A stretch of DNA of 64,000 bases. It comes from Octopus sinensis (Eukaryota). This document shows, in pieces, positions 1 to 12,365 of this stretch. Numbering within the stretch: the first letter of the stretch is position 1; each line of letters opens with the position of its first letter. The position numbers and the translations under genes are program-made. The DNA lies in the NCBI RefSeq assembly GCF_006345805.1, contig NC_043003.1:5642001-5706000 (forward strand), given 5' to 3'. The notes under the pieces were generated by a model. That model searched no databases. It worked only from the letters and a program-made list of their open reading frames with translations, and was not told the origin of the DNA.

Positions 1-333
1 GTTGGTGTCGTTTCTGCTGTTACTGCCAACGCTTCCGTTGTGACCTCCAGGTCCGGTCACCACTTCAGCCTTAAAGTTCAGTCTTCTCCCCACTGGGCAT
101 TCATTGTGAACCCTACATGAGCAGCATGCCTCTGCTTGTGGTTTAGGCGTGCAACAGCAGCAATACAACAGCTACAACACAAGAAGCTGCACCAACAGTG
201 CATCCGACAGTGGCAGATGTAGCAGCAACAACTGCGACACCAAGATCACATCCAACAATAGGTGCAGCAACGGCAGCGATGCCTGCAACAACAGAGTCGA
301 CACCAGCATCGGGCCCAGCGGCAACAGCAAAGT

Positions 334-690
334 GGAGGCACAATGGCCCAGTGGTTAGGGCAGCGGACTCGCGGTTTCGATTCCCAGACCGGGCGTTGTG
401 TGTGTTTATTGAGCGAAAACACCTTAAGCTCCACGATGCTCCGGCAGGGGGTGGTGGTGACCCCTGTTGTACTCTTTCGCTCCAACTTTCTCTCACTCTT
501 TCTTCCTGTTTCTTGTCCCCGACGTCGTACGCAACCGCTGAGCCTGGATGCGCATCCATCCATCCGTCGATGCTCTCGGTGTCGGGGGTTGACCTGCTTT
601 CTCTTCTGCGGGTCTTACGAATAGCAAAGGACCACGTTTCGGACTTCTCCCATCTTGCGAGCTCTGGGGCGAAGACCGTTCGCTCAACAG
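334..690 (+). mobile_element. tRNA-derived SINE, family A head with a unique 3' part
   Basis: tRNA-like head TGGCCCAGTGGTTAGGGCAGCGGACTCGCGG...TTCGATTCCCAGACCGGGCG and body GTGTTTATTGAGCGAAAACACC match copies at 6279-6632, 19480-19777 and 57445-57823. It diverges from them after ~510; the 3' boundary is approximate. Confidence 0.85.
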
Positions 691-699
691 CAACAGCGT

Positions 700-1330
700 T
701 CACGATAGCAACAACAATAACAACAGCTATAACACCACTAGAACAAGAGCACAGACAAAAAATATATTTCCACAGGTGGTCTGTTCAACAGCGTCTGAGT
801 AACCACAGACCGTGTTTTAAGATACCAGAGAGGCGGAACATCACATACATGATAAGCTATGTATGGCGTTTAAAAGAGGAAAATGCGTCATGCATAATCC
901 AATGGACCCTCCTAGAACAACCGGGACCATATCTCGACAGGAGAAAATTATGTAAACTTTACTTGGCCGAACGGGTAAGGATCCTGAAAAACTCACTTGA
1001 TCCGCGTGTCTTTTTAAACTCAAACCATGAAGTGCTTAGTGAATGTCCTCATCAGAAGGGCTCCCTTTTGCAAACTTGGAATTCTCTATTTACAGACTAG
1101 GAAATTGTTACCAATTTCGAAAGACACGGCTGAAACTGCTGTAAGGGATATAAATCCACCTCCCATAAGTCGGAACTAGTAGAATCTTCACCAATAAGTC
1201 TGCACCAAAAGTTTCGTCCCAGGAACTTTTGCTTATAAATTTAACTGACCATGACATTTTCCCCTCCCTCTAGTTGTAGAGAAGTTATGTGTCTCCGGCC
1301 ATTTGAGCCTGACGGGTCCTCTATACAGCA
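700..1330 (+). mobile_element. Penelope-like element 3' fragment (GIY-YIG endonuclease C-terminus plus 3' UTR)
   Basis: Translation ...QRLSNHRPCFKIPERRNITYMISYVWRLKEEN...IQWTLLEQ...CKLYLAERVRIL...LNSNHEVLSECPHQ resembles the PLE pattern R-x-x-NH...YVW-x-LK...W-x-IL...CxLCLxE...LN...E-x-x-S-x-C-x-H. Stop at 1100. Confidence 0.75.
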
Positions 1331-1859
1331 AAACGCTGTATATGTGCGAAATTAATGATTATTCTCTGACCGACCATAAGAAACAATCTTCTACATATAA
1401 ATATGTGCATGTGTTTATGAGTATATGTGTATATGCATATATGTCTCTGTGTGTGCATATATATGCATACACACACGCATACACATATATATATATGTAT
1501 GTATATGTGTGCCTTTGTGTGTGTGTGTGATTGTGTACTAAAATGAGTTTTCAATTTGCAATTACTTTCAAATACATTTTTAAAGGAGTTATTTGATATT
1601 TTTCACAAGTCTAAAACTTGATCAATAAATTTGTTATATTAAAATGTACTTTAAAAAAAAGCGATCAATTGGTAAATATTGGAATTTTATGTTTTGGTTT
1701 AGATCGAGAATGATTTCATATTGTAATGCTGGAACATAATCTTGAGTTTTCGGGAAATGGATTTTGTATGTGCATAATTTTTAAACATGGAAAACAAGCT
1801 ACAGAAAAATCTGCTCTAAACGATATATACTATACATTATATTATGTATCAAGCGTAAA

Positions 1860-2305
1860 TGTACAATGTGAGGAGAGCGCCAGTCAGTGGGCAGGCCACT
1901 TTGTTTGAACGCTTGACACATGTCTAGCCAAAAGACTGTTTTGCAGTCAATTGGCAGAATGCAAGCGCTGACAGGTTGCAAAAAAAAGTACTTCAAAGAT
2001 ACACTCCTTGCTTCACTGAAGTGTTTTCAATTCAAACCCGATCCTTGAGAAATACAACGACAGGACCACCCTGCCTGTCGTAGATACAATAACAGAGGTG
2101 CCGCATCCTATGAACAGAATAGGACAGAAGAAGCATAAAGAAGACATGAGCTGCGAACTCCAGAGCTTTCGTTCTCAGCAGACTACCAGTTACCGACCTG
2201 TAGCAGAACCTTCCGAGCACACATTGGCCTGATTGGCCTCAGATGCACGCAACGTGATCATTCTCTTCTCCCATGTGATGTCCTTGGTCAATGACAGACG
2301 AACAT
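1860..2305 (+). mobile_element. RTE (BovB-like) LINE 3' fragment, decayed
   Basis: Broken frames give QWAGHFV, LAKRLFCSQLAECKR, KKKYFKDT, RGAASYEQNR and PTCSRTFRAHIGLIG, typical of the BovB C-terminus with its terminal Zn-finger-like motif. Confidence 0.8.
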
Positions 2306-2358
2306 TACATACGCACACACGCACACACGTGTGTATGTATGTGTGAGTGCGAGCATAT

Positions 2359-2391
<33 letters not shown>

Positions 2392-2559
2392 AATATATAG
2401 TACAAGTAAAACATTGTATATACTAATATATATGAATGTAAGCTCTTATGAATAAGTTGAAAGATTTCTCGTTTGTTATTTGTAGCTTAATTGAAAATCT
2501 GAAACATTCAGCAACAACCAATAAATGTAACACTTAAAAACACATGGATTCATTTCAAG

Positions 2560-2870
2560 ACGAAAATCCCTCAAGAAATTCCCATACAAAACAGACCAGT
2601 TATCTAAAACGTGAGAATTCTTACTATGAGAAAGAATAAGAAATAAATGCAGCAGTCATTAAAGACAATCTCATATGTGTCTTTAAGTCTAATAAATTCT
2701 CCTGCTCAAAACAAACTTCTCAGACATTCTACAGACGATATCTTAATGATAATCAAAAATATAAAAGTTACAAAAAAAAAACACAAATGGCTTCCAGGAA
2801 AAATTGAAATCCAAAATACAAAAGGTGAAAAAACAGCAATAAGATATTCATTCAATCAGATTAAACGAAA
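2560..2870 (+). mobile_element. Possible highly decayed R4/Dong-like LINE fragment (pre-RT region)
   Basis: STDDILMIIKNIK...KHKWLPGKIEIQN weakly resembles the IT-x-EDI...NWK-x-PG-x-D-x-IQN motif upstream of RLE-LINE RT domains. Confidence 0.3.
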
Positions 2871-3124
2871 AAGTCATATGAAATCGATAAAGTTATCTAT
2901 CACGGAGGTCGATCTAAGTCTATAACTAATTCCTTCAAAATAACTACAAATTTGCATATCTTGAATGACGTCAACGCTCAAGAAAACATAGACGTTGATA
3001 TAGAAATTGTTGATAGATCCGAATTAATTGTAAGTGGAACATCATATTTTACCTTTAAATATCATAAGCGCAGTTTTGCTTATAATTAAAATGCTAGATA
3101 TAAACTTGTTACCGGTTGAAATAT

Positions 3125-3484
3125 GCTTGAGGCATATTGGAACCCACAAGAAAGCCATTCACTGTATTTTGTCAGGCAGAAAATTTCTCGCTGAAGACAA
3201 ATAAGTGTAAATACAGCGAGTCAGCTCACCGCACTACGTAACTAAACTGTGAGATGTATGCGTTTCGGAATAGTTATCTCCTCTTCAGGGACAGAAACCG
3301 GAATGGTTCACGCTACGAACTGACACAAGTCCCTCTTATGATAGTCCCATCATAGTTTAGTGATTGGTTGCACTCTTCAGCGACTGGCCAATAACAAAAT
3401 ACAAGGCGACAGCGCTAACCAGTAATGTGTATAAATACAAAATACAGTGAATAGCTTCTTCGCGGGTTCGAATATGCCTCAAGC
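3125..3484. mobile_element. Element with 48-bp inverted ends and decayed hammerhead-like motifs (probable Penelope remnant)
   Basis: 3125-3172 is an imperfect reverse complement of 3437-3484. The minus strand at 3257-3288 reads CTGAAGA-GGAG-ataacta-TTCC-GAAACGCATA. Confidence 0.6.
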
Positions 3485-4619
3485 TTATTTGACTGAAAAC
3501 AAGTTTGTATTTATACACATAAATGCTTAGCGCTGTCCTCCCGAAATACTGAAATGATCGGCTCAACCAATGTGGACATTAATGTATTAAGAAAATATTC
3601 GGACAAAAAGTATACTGACACTGTTCTTATTTTAGTGTGGGATAACACCTAAACTGTTACATGTTTCATCGTTATACCATTTAGAATTAATTACAATTCT
3701 TACAATTTGGTGTTAGTGACTATTCTTCATTAATTACAAAACAGTTAAGACTGAATATCCCTTGTTTCTATAAATTATCCACCACAGTTTAAAACAATTA
3801 TTATATAGATTTCTTCGCGTATATATCTTCACTGCATTATAACCAATACATGTGGATCAGGCGGTCAAAGAAACGGCGGATGTTTCTGATATGGATCTTG
3901 GTGAATTTAAAATCTTAATGTTATCAAATTGAAGATGTAGTGTAAAGAGATGAAGCATATTAAAGATCTCATCCTCAAGAAACTCTAAAGATTCGAATAC
4001 AACTTCCAAATTATTGCCTATTGTGAATAATAAATAGAAGTGTTTTTTATACACGACCTCAGACACTTATTTTTATCTACTCCCTGGGAAAACTTAATAA
4101 AATAATGGAATAATAATATTCTATTCTTCATGTTAGTTTTGGTTTCAGTCAGACGTTGTAGCCACGCTGGGCATTGCAACTGATGTTGGGGAATAATAGA
4201 TCTTCCAAGATTCTAAGAATATGAACAATGCAGTAAATGCAAATTGCTTTATTGAGGTTGTCCTAACATTTCCCACATAAACAAGACTTGATGTTTCAAT
4301 GAGCAACAGATGCAAAGATAAAATTTTCGTCGAGGGAAACAACAAACAGCCTGAAATATTGCGTACTTTTCAGTTTATCTGTGGTGCAACTGCTACGGAA
4401 ACATTCATTAATGTCTGAACTAAGGATTTGTTACCACAATATACTATAGGACTGTCATGGAAGCGCACATTAAAACAGAATACATCAATGCGCAGGATAT
4501 CAAATACGCTTTAGCAAATTCTAACCATGATAGAGTAAACTCAGGTAAGACTAACTTTAAATCCATAAATACCGCTTGTATTGTTGAAAATTAGACTGTA
4601 AATGTAATTATAAACTTTT

Positions 4620-5440
4620 GTACAGCATGGTCGTAGCTCTCGAGGTGAAACTTGTTAAAAAGAACAAATACAGAAACTATATATTGATGTAGTGCATTGG
4701 CCTGGCAGTAAGTCCATTTCATATTGCATATAAGCATCATCCTACAGCTTCCGTATAGAAAATAGATGAAACGACACGTCACGTTCTAACATCATCTGGA
4801 ATCTAAATAGCAGCTACAATTAAAAAAACGCTAAGGTTTCTCATCCATCAAGTCTCATTGTAGCAATAAAATCATGCAATGACCCACGACAGAGAGTCTG
4901 AAAATCATCTTGGCTAAAATAACTCTCTTAATCTGATCTGAACTCAAATCCCATTTCATCTTGTCCTCATAGAACTTATAAAACATTTCGACATTTAAAA
5001 TCTTTAATCTAACCTAACATGTAGAAATATAATACAACACAAATTACTTAACACCTACAAGTGCCAACTAATTATAACATTTCCTATAAATATCTTACTC
5101 TATAATTCAACAATTTATATTTGATATCCAACGTAACACCTTGTTGTACTGATAAAACTCTCCTTCACTTATCTCTTATTTTACTACGGTATTAAACTGC
5201 CAACTAATCAAATACTTTATTCTTCTTTATATTTTATCATAATTTTAAAGTAGATAACGTATGATTATATCACCTTTTTGTAATGATAGAATTATTCTTG
5301 CACTTCTGACGTGTATGTCTTATAAATCAAAACTCTACTCGCGCTGTATATTTATATTGTATAATATACAAGAAAATATTATTGTATAAAACAGCTGAAG
5401 AAAGCCATCACGAAAGCTGAAACTAGCTCAAGATGGCTAT
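4620..5440 (+). mobile_element. Decayed Penelope-like element 3' region
   Basis: Degenerate GIY-YIG remnants (CIGLAVSPFHIAYKHH; ISSCPHR), an AT-rich UTR, then a hammerhead-like motif CTGAAGA-A-AGC-catcacgaaa-GCT-GAAACTAGCTC at 5395-5429. Confidence 0.5.
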
Positions 5441-6020
5441 CGTTGATAAGAGACTGCAAGTGGCAGCCTTCTACAGGTGAAAACCAGCTCAGTCCTCGCT
5501 GCCCCACTCAGTTGAAGCTTACAGGCTAGGGACGAAATGCTTGTGACCCTCAGATATCTGCTGACGATACGAAAGGGTATCTAGCATTGGAATGGACTTA
5601 CAAGAGCTTGTAAAACCTCGGCGCTGCTCCTACATTTTCTGTATGGGGCAAAGCATCTCTGACGTTTATTTCACTTGGAAGAATGTTTTATTGAATAAAA
5701 CCCATTTCACCGAAAAATTTAGTCATAGCAATGTACAAACTCCTTTACATTGTACAGTTAATTATATGCTTCATCAGTATCTTATTTAACAATATTACAG
5801 CAGTGTGTCACGTTGTTACTTGATACAATAAAACATAAATAACAACTCACTCGAACCATCAACTTTTTGGAATATTTTTCATCCCAAATCCATTCAGAGG
5901 CACAAGAAAAATTCAACCACTTCCAAGAGTTGAGAAAAGCTGAATAAAATTAAACGATATAAACTAAGTCGCGTTACAGGCGCACACGCATAAACACTTA
6001 CAAATAAACACATGCTCACT

Positions 6021-6246
6021 TAAACACATTAAAAGATTTCCATCATAGGACTCCCTTACGCTAGAAGGAACAGCTAAAGTCCAAACCACTAATTAGTGAT
6101 AAATTCTCGAAGGGAAGGAAAAATAAAAACATTTACCATCTATCTCCTGGACCATGGTTTCTGACTTATTTTAGCAAATAAAATAAAATAATTTGCTCCC
6201 TTCTAGCGTAAGGGAGTCCTATGGTGGAAACCTCTTAATGTGTTTA
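6021..6246. mobile_element. Fold-back/MITE-like element with 48-bp inverted arms
   Basis: 6021-6068 vs reverse complement of 6199-6246 shows 3 mismatches. It shares the ACGCTAG(A/C)AGGAAC...TAAAGTC motif with 31826-31962. Confidence 0.75.
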
Positions 6247-6278
6247 AATGTATATTGTATTTTATATATATATACTAC

Positions 6279-6632
6279 GGCACTCCGTCGGTTACGACGA
6301 CGAGGGTTCTAGTTGATCCAATCAACGGAACAGCCTGCTCGTGAAATTAACGTGCAAGTGGATGAGTACTCCACAGACACGCATATCTTTAACGTAGTTC
6401 TCGGGGAGATTCAGTGTGACACAGAGTGTGACAATGCTGGCCCTTTTGTAATATAGGTGCAACAGAAACAGGAAAAAAAGAGTGAGACAAAGTTGTGAAA
6501 AAGTACAGCAAGTGTCAACACCCCCACCGCCGGAGCATCGTGGCTCTTTAGGTGTTTTCGCTCAATAAACACTCACGACGCCCGGTCTGGGAATCGAAAC
6601 CGCGAGTCCACTGCCCTAATCACTGGGCTATT
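6279..6632 (-). mobile_element. tRNA-derived SINE family A, near full length
   Basis: Reverse complement aligns along its whole length with 57445-57823, including the tail ...GGATCAAC...GAACCCTCGTCGTCGTAACCGACGGAGTGCC. Confidence 0.9.
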
Positions 6633-6638
6633 ACACCA

Positions 6639-6714
<76 letters not shown>

Positions 6715-6723
6715 TGTGTGTGT

Positions 6724-6757
<34 letters not shown>

Positions 6758-7516
6758 CAATGGTGTTTGTGGGCAGAGAAGGAAGAAAGAACTATATAAC
6801 TATATATGTTGCACATACGAACACTGTTTGGAGTTTCGTGAGCAGCTGTGCTCCTTCCTGAACCAACCTGGAAAACTCTGCTTATAACCCGCTCTCATCG
6901 GGGCCTAAAGTAACTGGATCGACCAATTTGCATATTTAATATTTTATTGTCAGCGAGTTGGAATATTAAATTACTGACTAACCATGTCTTCAGCAATGCT
7001 TCCCTTTCTCACCAAATGACACCCACGAAGTTCATTCTTCTGTACAGTGAAACACTATAAACATTGAACAATTTATTATTTTCGCCATAGAGAAATAATC
7101 AAATAAGTAGTAATAAACTAAAATCAATAGCTTTTATCGATCTCACAATAGACATGTAAACATAAGGTCACTCACTCGTTTCACCCTTAGCTTCTGTAAT
7201 TCTATTTCCCTCCCACCACCTCTTACATAAATTTGATCTTTTATCCCCTTTACACTAACATGACCCCATGAAAATTTAATTTTATATTTGGAAACAACAA
7301 CAATAACACAGTTATGTTACATATTCAAATGTGAGATTAGATTACTAACATTTAGCACGACTATGTTTACCCTTACAAATATATTCCCTTTAATACGTTA
7401 TAGTATTTTATAAGTGAAATTAATGTACTAATAACTTGAATGATAAAAATCAGTATCAGTATATTAGTAAACACTACCTACTTCATTATATATTGTATAG
7501 CACACCACACGTTATT

Positions 7517-7597
<81 letters not shown>

Positions 7598-7659
7598 TCA
7601 ATAACATTATCTATACGTTTTGTGACTTGGAAAGGTCATTACGCCAGTAATAATTAACA

Positions 7660-7882
7660 CACGCACTGGTTCAATATCTTTATTGTTAATCTTCTTTATT
7701 GTTAAACAGTCGGTTAAATATCTAACCAGCTAACCAGTTGATCGTCTGTGTATGTTTTTAAGCATTAAACAAAAAAACGGTGGATTTGTAAGCAGCCTAT
7801 TACACAAATGATCAATTAGTTAGTTGCTCAGATGTTTAACCAATTGAACAACAATAAAGAAGTGATATTAAACCAGTGCGTG
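7660..7882. mobile_element. MITE-like element with ~70-80 bp imperfect terminal inverted repeats
   Basis: Termini CACGCACTGGTT...AACCAGTGCGTG; complementarity continues inward to GATC on each arm. Confidence 0.7.
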
Positions 7883-8189
7883 CGTTTATTAACATTAGTA
7901 TCTAGACATGTTTCTGGAGCAGTCAATGCACACTGCAAAATTTACATTATTATGTGTGCTTATTGTTACATGCCGTTTTTCCGGGTGGTGACGGCTGCAT
8001 TGTTCAGATAGAATCCAATTTAAATACAAGTCCAACTGTGATACACGTGGTGTTGTCATTGTTCCGAAAAAGGCCTAGATACGAACCTTTTCAACTTCAC
8101 TAGTGAAAAACAAATTGACCAGCTGTCCAAGGAATTTTAGTGGCCTGCAGACAAAGAGCCTTCTTAATTGGTGAGTGCTAGTACTAATG

Positions 8190-8517
8190 CTTAGTATCAA
8201 AATTTCTCGTGGAAGCGTCATCCAACCAAAGTACAAATAAATGGGAAATTACCACCTGTATCATCTCTCGTGAAATGTAGAAGAGTCCAGTTTGCTGGAC
8301 ATTGTTGTAGAGCTGAAATCAGGTAATTTCTACTCTTCTCCTCTGGAAGCCATCTGCTCCCGATACCAGAAGGCGCACACTCTTTTACCCTGATGTAATC
8401 TCCAGGGATACAAGCATCCAGCAACAGGACCTCCGTAATGCTATGATAGACCGCGAAGTCTGGCGTAACATAGTAAATTCCATTGTCTCGACCACGGTCA
8501 AGACAATGATGATGATC
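8190..8517 (+). mobile_element. RTE-type LINE 3' end with (GAT)n tail
   Basis: SWKRHPTKVQINGKLPPVSSLVKCRRVQFAGHCCRAENQVISTLLLWKP...DLRNAMIDREVWRNIV followed by ATGATGATGAT. Confidence 0.85.
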
Positions 8518-8539
8518 AGGTTAACTTAAGTAGGGATTT

Positions 8540-9040
8540 TACTGTTATTATTATCCCTCTCCCTAAAATTCCTACCTCTACAACTCTTATTATTAATATT
8601 GTAAGTAATAAGCTATAAGTCTATTATTTAATTTGGTAATTTTATAATTAAATTTTTCTAAACTTAAGGATATTATTAATTATATTCCTAAATTGTTCTG
8701 TAATCTTTAGAATAGGAGTAATTTATGTAGGAGTTTTTATATTAAATTACCCTCTCGAATTACTATTGTTTACTGGATTTTAGTCCTAATATCATATATA
8801 TTCTACAATTATTCAAATATATGAAATATATATGTTTAGTATGAAGAATACAACGTCTCGTGTCTATGGTTTGAATTTTGAATTTTGGTGTAAGACTTTG
8901 GAAAATTTCTTCCACACAATTCAACCGTTTGCTTCCTCTACTATGTGGATTGACTCTACTAAGTACTTCCCGGGTAATTTTAATTTTTTTATTATTAGTT
9001 TTTAAGGACCAAATTAGTTTACTCAAACTAGTGCAAATTA
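8540..9040 (-). mobile_element. Decayed Penelope-like element 3' region
   Basis: Minus-strand [26 protein letters not shown]...CILHTK...CR resembles the PLE endonuclease C-terminus W-x-ILS...PY-x-x-GSK-x-CxLCLEEK. Confidence 0.55.
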
Positions 9041-9049
9041 AAGGGGAAT

Positions 9050-9501
9050 ATATATATATATACCCATACACACACATATATATATATATATGATATATAT
9101 ATATATATATATTATAAATGTGTATATATGTATATATATAAATATATATATATATATTATATATGTATATATAAATATATATATATATGAATGCGTATAT
9201 ATATAATGTATATATATATGTATATATAAATATATATATATATAAATGCGTATAATATATATATGTATATATATATATGTATATATAAATATATATATAT
9301 ATATAAATGCGTATATATATATATGTATATATATATATATAAATATAATATATATATATAAATGCGTATATATATAATATATATAAATGCGATATATATA
9401 TATATATAATATATATATATATATATAATGCGTATATATATATATATATATATATATATAATGCGTATATATATATATATATATATATATAAATGCGTAA
9501 T

Positions 9502-9533
<32 letters not shown>

Positions 9534-9534
9534 A

Positions 9535-9566
<32 letters not shown>

Positions 9567-9601
9567 AATGCGTATATATTATATATATATATATAAATGC
9601 G

Positions 9602-9635
<34 letters not shown>

Positions 9636-9684
9636 ATATAAATATATATAAATGCGTATATATATATATATATATATAAATGCG

Positions 9685-9717
<33 letters not shown>

Positions 9718-9850
9718 GTATATATAAATATATATATATATGTATATATATGTATATATACATATATATATTATATATAAATAAGTATATATATATATAT
9801 ATATATGTATATATAAATATTATATATATAAATGCGTATATATATATATG

Positions 9851-9884
<34 letters not shown>

Positions 9885-9965
9885 GAAATATGTATATATA
9901 AATATATATATATATATATAAATATGTATATATAAATATATATATATATATAAATGTGCATGTAT

Positions 9966-9997
<32 letters not shown>

Positions 9998-10160
9998 AAT
10001 GTGTATATATGTATATATATAAATATATATATATATACATATATACGTACATATATACATACATATAAATATATACCCACACACACACATATATATATAA
10101 ATGTGTATATATATATATTCACACACACATGTATATATAAATGTGTATATATATATGCAT
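9050..10160. repeat. Long (TA)n-derived low-complexity array with recurrent AAATGCG/AAATGTG interruptions
   Basis: Directly visible; it accounts for the spurious YIYI ORFs. Confidence 0.95.
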
Positions 10161-10241
10161 GTATTTGTATACACCAGAGTAAGCACATTAATGAGAAACA
10201 AGGTGGGAAAAAATAGTACTCGAATACCGGAAGTAGAGTAA

Positions 10242-10338
10242 TATGCTTTATTATTAAAACTGCAAAAACATCACAAAAATATCTCAAAGTTTTCAGTGAT
10301 ATCTTTGTGATGTTTTTGCAGTTTAATAATAAAGTATA
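10242..10338. repeat. Fold-back hairpin with ~42-bp arms
   Basis: TATGCTTTATTATTAAAACTGCAAAAACATCACAAAAATATC is mirrored at 10298-10338, with a 14-nt spacer. Confidence 0.8.
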
Positions 10339-10766
10339 TATAGATAGATAGACAGACAGACAGACACCCACACTTATAATTTCAGCTCCACGACGCCATT
10401 ACTCAGCCTCTGAACTGTCCACACTTAGATTTGTGCAATTAGTTTTGTTAAACTTGAAATAAAGTGAAGGTCAATTTTAAATATAACAAATCTATTTTTT
10501 TATATTTTTATATTTTCTTTCGAAAATCAAATTTAAACTGTTTGCACTGATTTCACCAATATTTGCATAGATTTCCTTCCTGCATTTTTTAGGAATTTCA
10601 TTACCTTTAATCGCAGAAACAAATTCATCAATACAAAAGCAACGATAATAATAATACACTCAGTTACACATTTTAAAGTTTTTTGTAGAAGAGTTTTAAC
10701 ATGGATAGTATATTTTTAATTCCCTTCCTGGGACTGCATTCCGAAGTTTCTTTCTTTTATCACACA

Positions 10767-10810
<44 letters not shown>

Positions 10811-10811
<1 letters not shown>

Positions 10812-11155
10812 GAAAAAATGTGGCACTTCAAGGCGTACTACAATACCAGCGATTGTAGGATCTCTGCGAATGATAAAAAAAAAGGTACTGAAACCTATTT
10901 GAAAATGATTCCAGGCTTACCATCCCTACAGGAAGTGCAAAAAATCGTATTAACTGGAACGGCTCATGTACTGAGAAGAACATTATTGCTGTGAAAACAA
11001 CATCCATTCATGACTTTATTTATTTACTTTTAAATACATATTTTACCTGTGAATTTGCGTGTGTAATCTGGAAATGCATACAATGAGCTTCTCTGCCCTA
11101 GGTGTACGGAAAACACACGGCGAGAGACGGAAGAAAATTTGAAGAAAGAAGGAAA

Positions 11156-11156
<1 letters not shown>
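10811..11156 (+). mobile_element. R4/Dong-clade LINE 3' end inserted in (TAA)n
   Basis: EKMW...IVGSL...MIPGLPSLQEVQKIVLTGTAHVLRRTLLL* (stop 10992-10994) plus 3' UTR, flanked on both sides by (TAA)n. Confidence 0.85.
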
Positions 11157-11217
<61 letters not shown>

Positions 11218-11250
11218 TAATAATAATAATGATGATGATGATGATGATGA

Positions 11251-11806
11251 TACTTCTGAGACGAGTGAAAGTGGGAGGGTATCAAGGTAGAGGATGTAAG
11301 ATCTGCTCTCAGGAATTCAAGGAATTGGACGTTTCTAGGAAAGAGTCATGAACTGCTAACACAACTTTACAAAAATGTTTTGCAACAACCTAGCATGATT
11401 CCCTCTTGGCTAATTAATGGTGTTACATTCCTACTTCCAAAAAAAAAAACGTAGAAAAAAATTAACCCCAAAATTGTAGACCCATAACCTGCTTAACAAC
11501 AACGTATAAAATGCTAACATCTATCTTAACAGAATATACCTATAGCTTTTTAAATATAAAGTGGCATATTCTCTAATGAGCAGACTGGATTTATACGTAA
11601 AACACTGCTTATGTAATTTCAAATTTTAAAAGAAACTCATAATTTTCTTGTTTTCTGACACATTCTCTAGAACAACACTATGTACAAAACCAAATATATG
11701 ACATCCTAGGCATAACACCAACACGAACTTCTAGCTTGTTGTCTCTTGAGGTATCTGGGTGAGACACTTGGAGTCAACTTGTACAAATGCAAAGCAAGAG
11801 ACACAC

Positions 11807-11808
<2 letters not shown>
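11251..11808 (+). mobile_element. Internally deleted R4/Dong LINE (RT N-terminus joined to 3' UTR)
   Basis: EDVRSALRNSRNW...HELLTQLYKNVLQQPSMIPSWLINGVTFLLPKK...CRPITCLTTTYKMLTSILT...EQTGFIR. The 3' UTR is homologous to 12000-12110 and is followed by (TAA)n. Confidence 0.8.
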
Positions 11809-11852
<44 letters not shown>

Positions 11853-11880
11853 TATTATTATTATTATTATTATTATTATA

Positions 11881-12110
11881 ATGGGAACTGCTCATATCCT
11901 ACGCAAAATACTCTCTATGTAATCCCAAGGTTTAAAACAAACTTTTTTTTTAATTTGTGTATTAGACTTTCACTAGTACAACATCAAAAAATATATATAT
12001 GGCACTCTAGGCATAGCAACAACGTGAACTTCCAACCTGTTGTCTCTTGAGGTCTCTGGGTGAGACTTGGAGCCAACTTGTACAGACATAAAGCAAAAGT
12101 CAAACATAGA
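11881..12110 (+). mobile_element. R4/Dong LINE 3' end
   Basis: MGTAHILRKILSM* then 3' UTR (TTGTCTCTTGAGGT...GGGTGAGAC...CAACTTGTACA), followed by (TAA)n. Confidence 0.8.
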
Positions 12111-12143
12111 ATAATACTAATAATAATAATAATAATAATAATA

Positions 12144-12174
<31 letters not shown>

Positions 12175-12179
<5 letters not shown>

Positions 12180-12365
12180 TTTTAAATTTGGGCACAATGT
12201 TAGTAATTTCGTGGGAGAGGTAAGTCGATGAATCGATCCCAGTGCTCAACTGCTACTTATTTTATCGACTCTGGCGGAAAATTAAACTCAGAATGTTAAA
12301 AGGGCCGAAACGCTGCTAGGCTTTTTTGTCTGGCGTACCAACGATTATGCCCGTACGTCACCTGA
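12175..12365 (-). mobile_element. Degenerate SINE family B variant with alternative tail
   Basis: AGTCGAT...ATCGATCCCAGTG...TACTTATTTTATCGAC core as in the other family B copies. Confidence 0.55.

Noticed and set aside
1290-1345. Hammerhead after the first Penelope fragment (CTGACGGG...CAAAAC)
   Set aside because: Both core segments are mutated and the stems do not form.
5560-5580. CTGACGATACGAAAGGG as a hammerhead
   Set aside because: No stem II pairing and no NUH/stem I arrangement.
9038-10371. Long YIYI-type ORFs (also 27488-29094, 50022-50951, 62396-62812)
   Set aside because: (TA)n and (CA)n repeats lack stop codons in some frames; there is no protein-like complexity.
11043-11351. Poly-N, poly-I and poly-Y ORFs (also 21222, 22102, 29228-30128, 49041)
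   Set aside because: Translations of (TAA)n/(ATT)n microsatellites.
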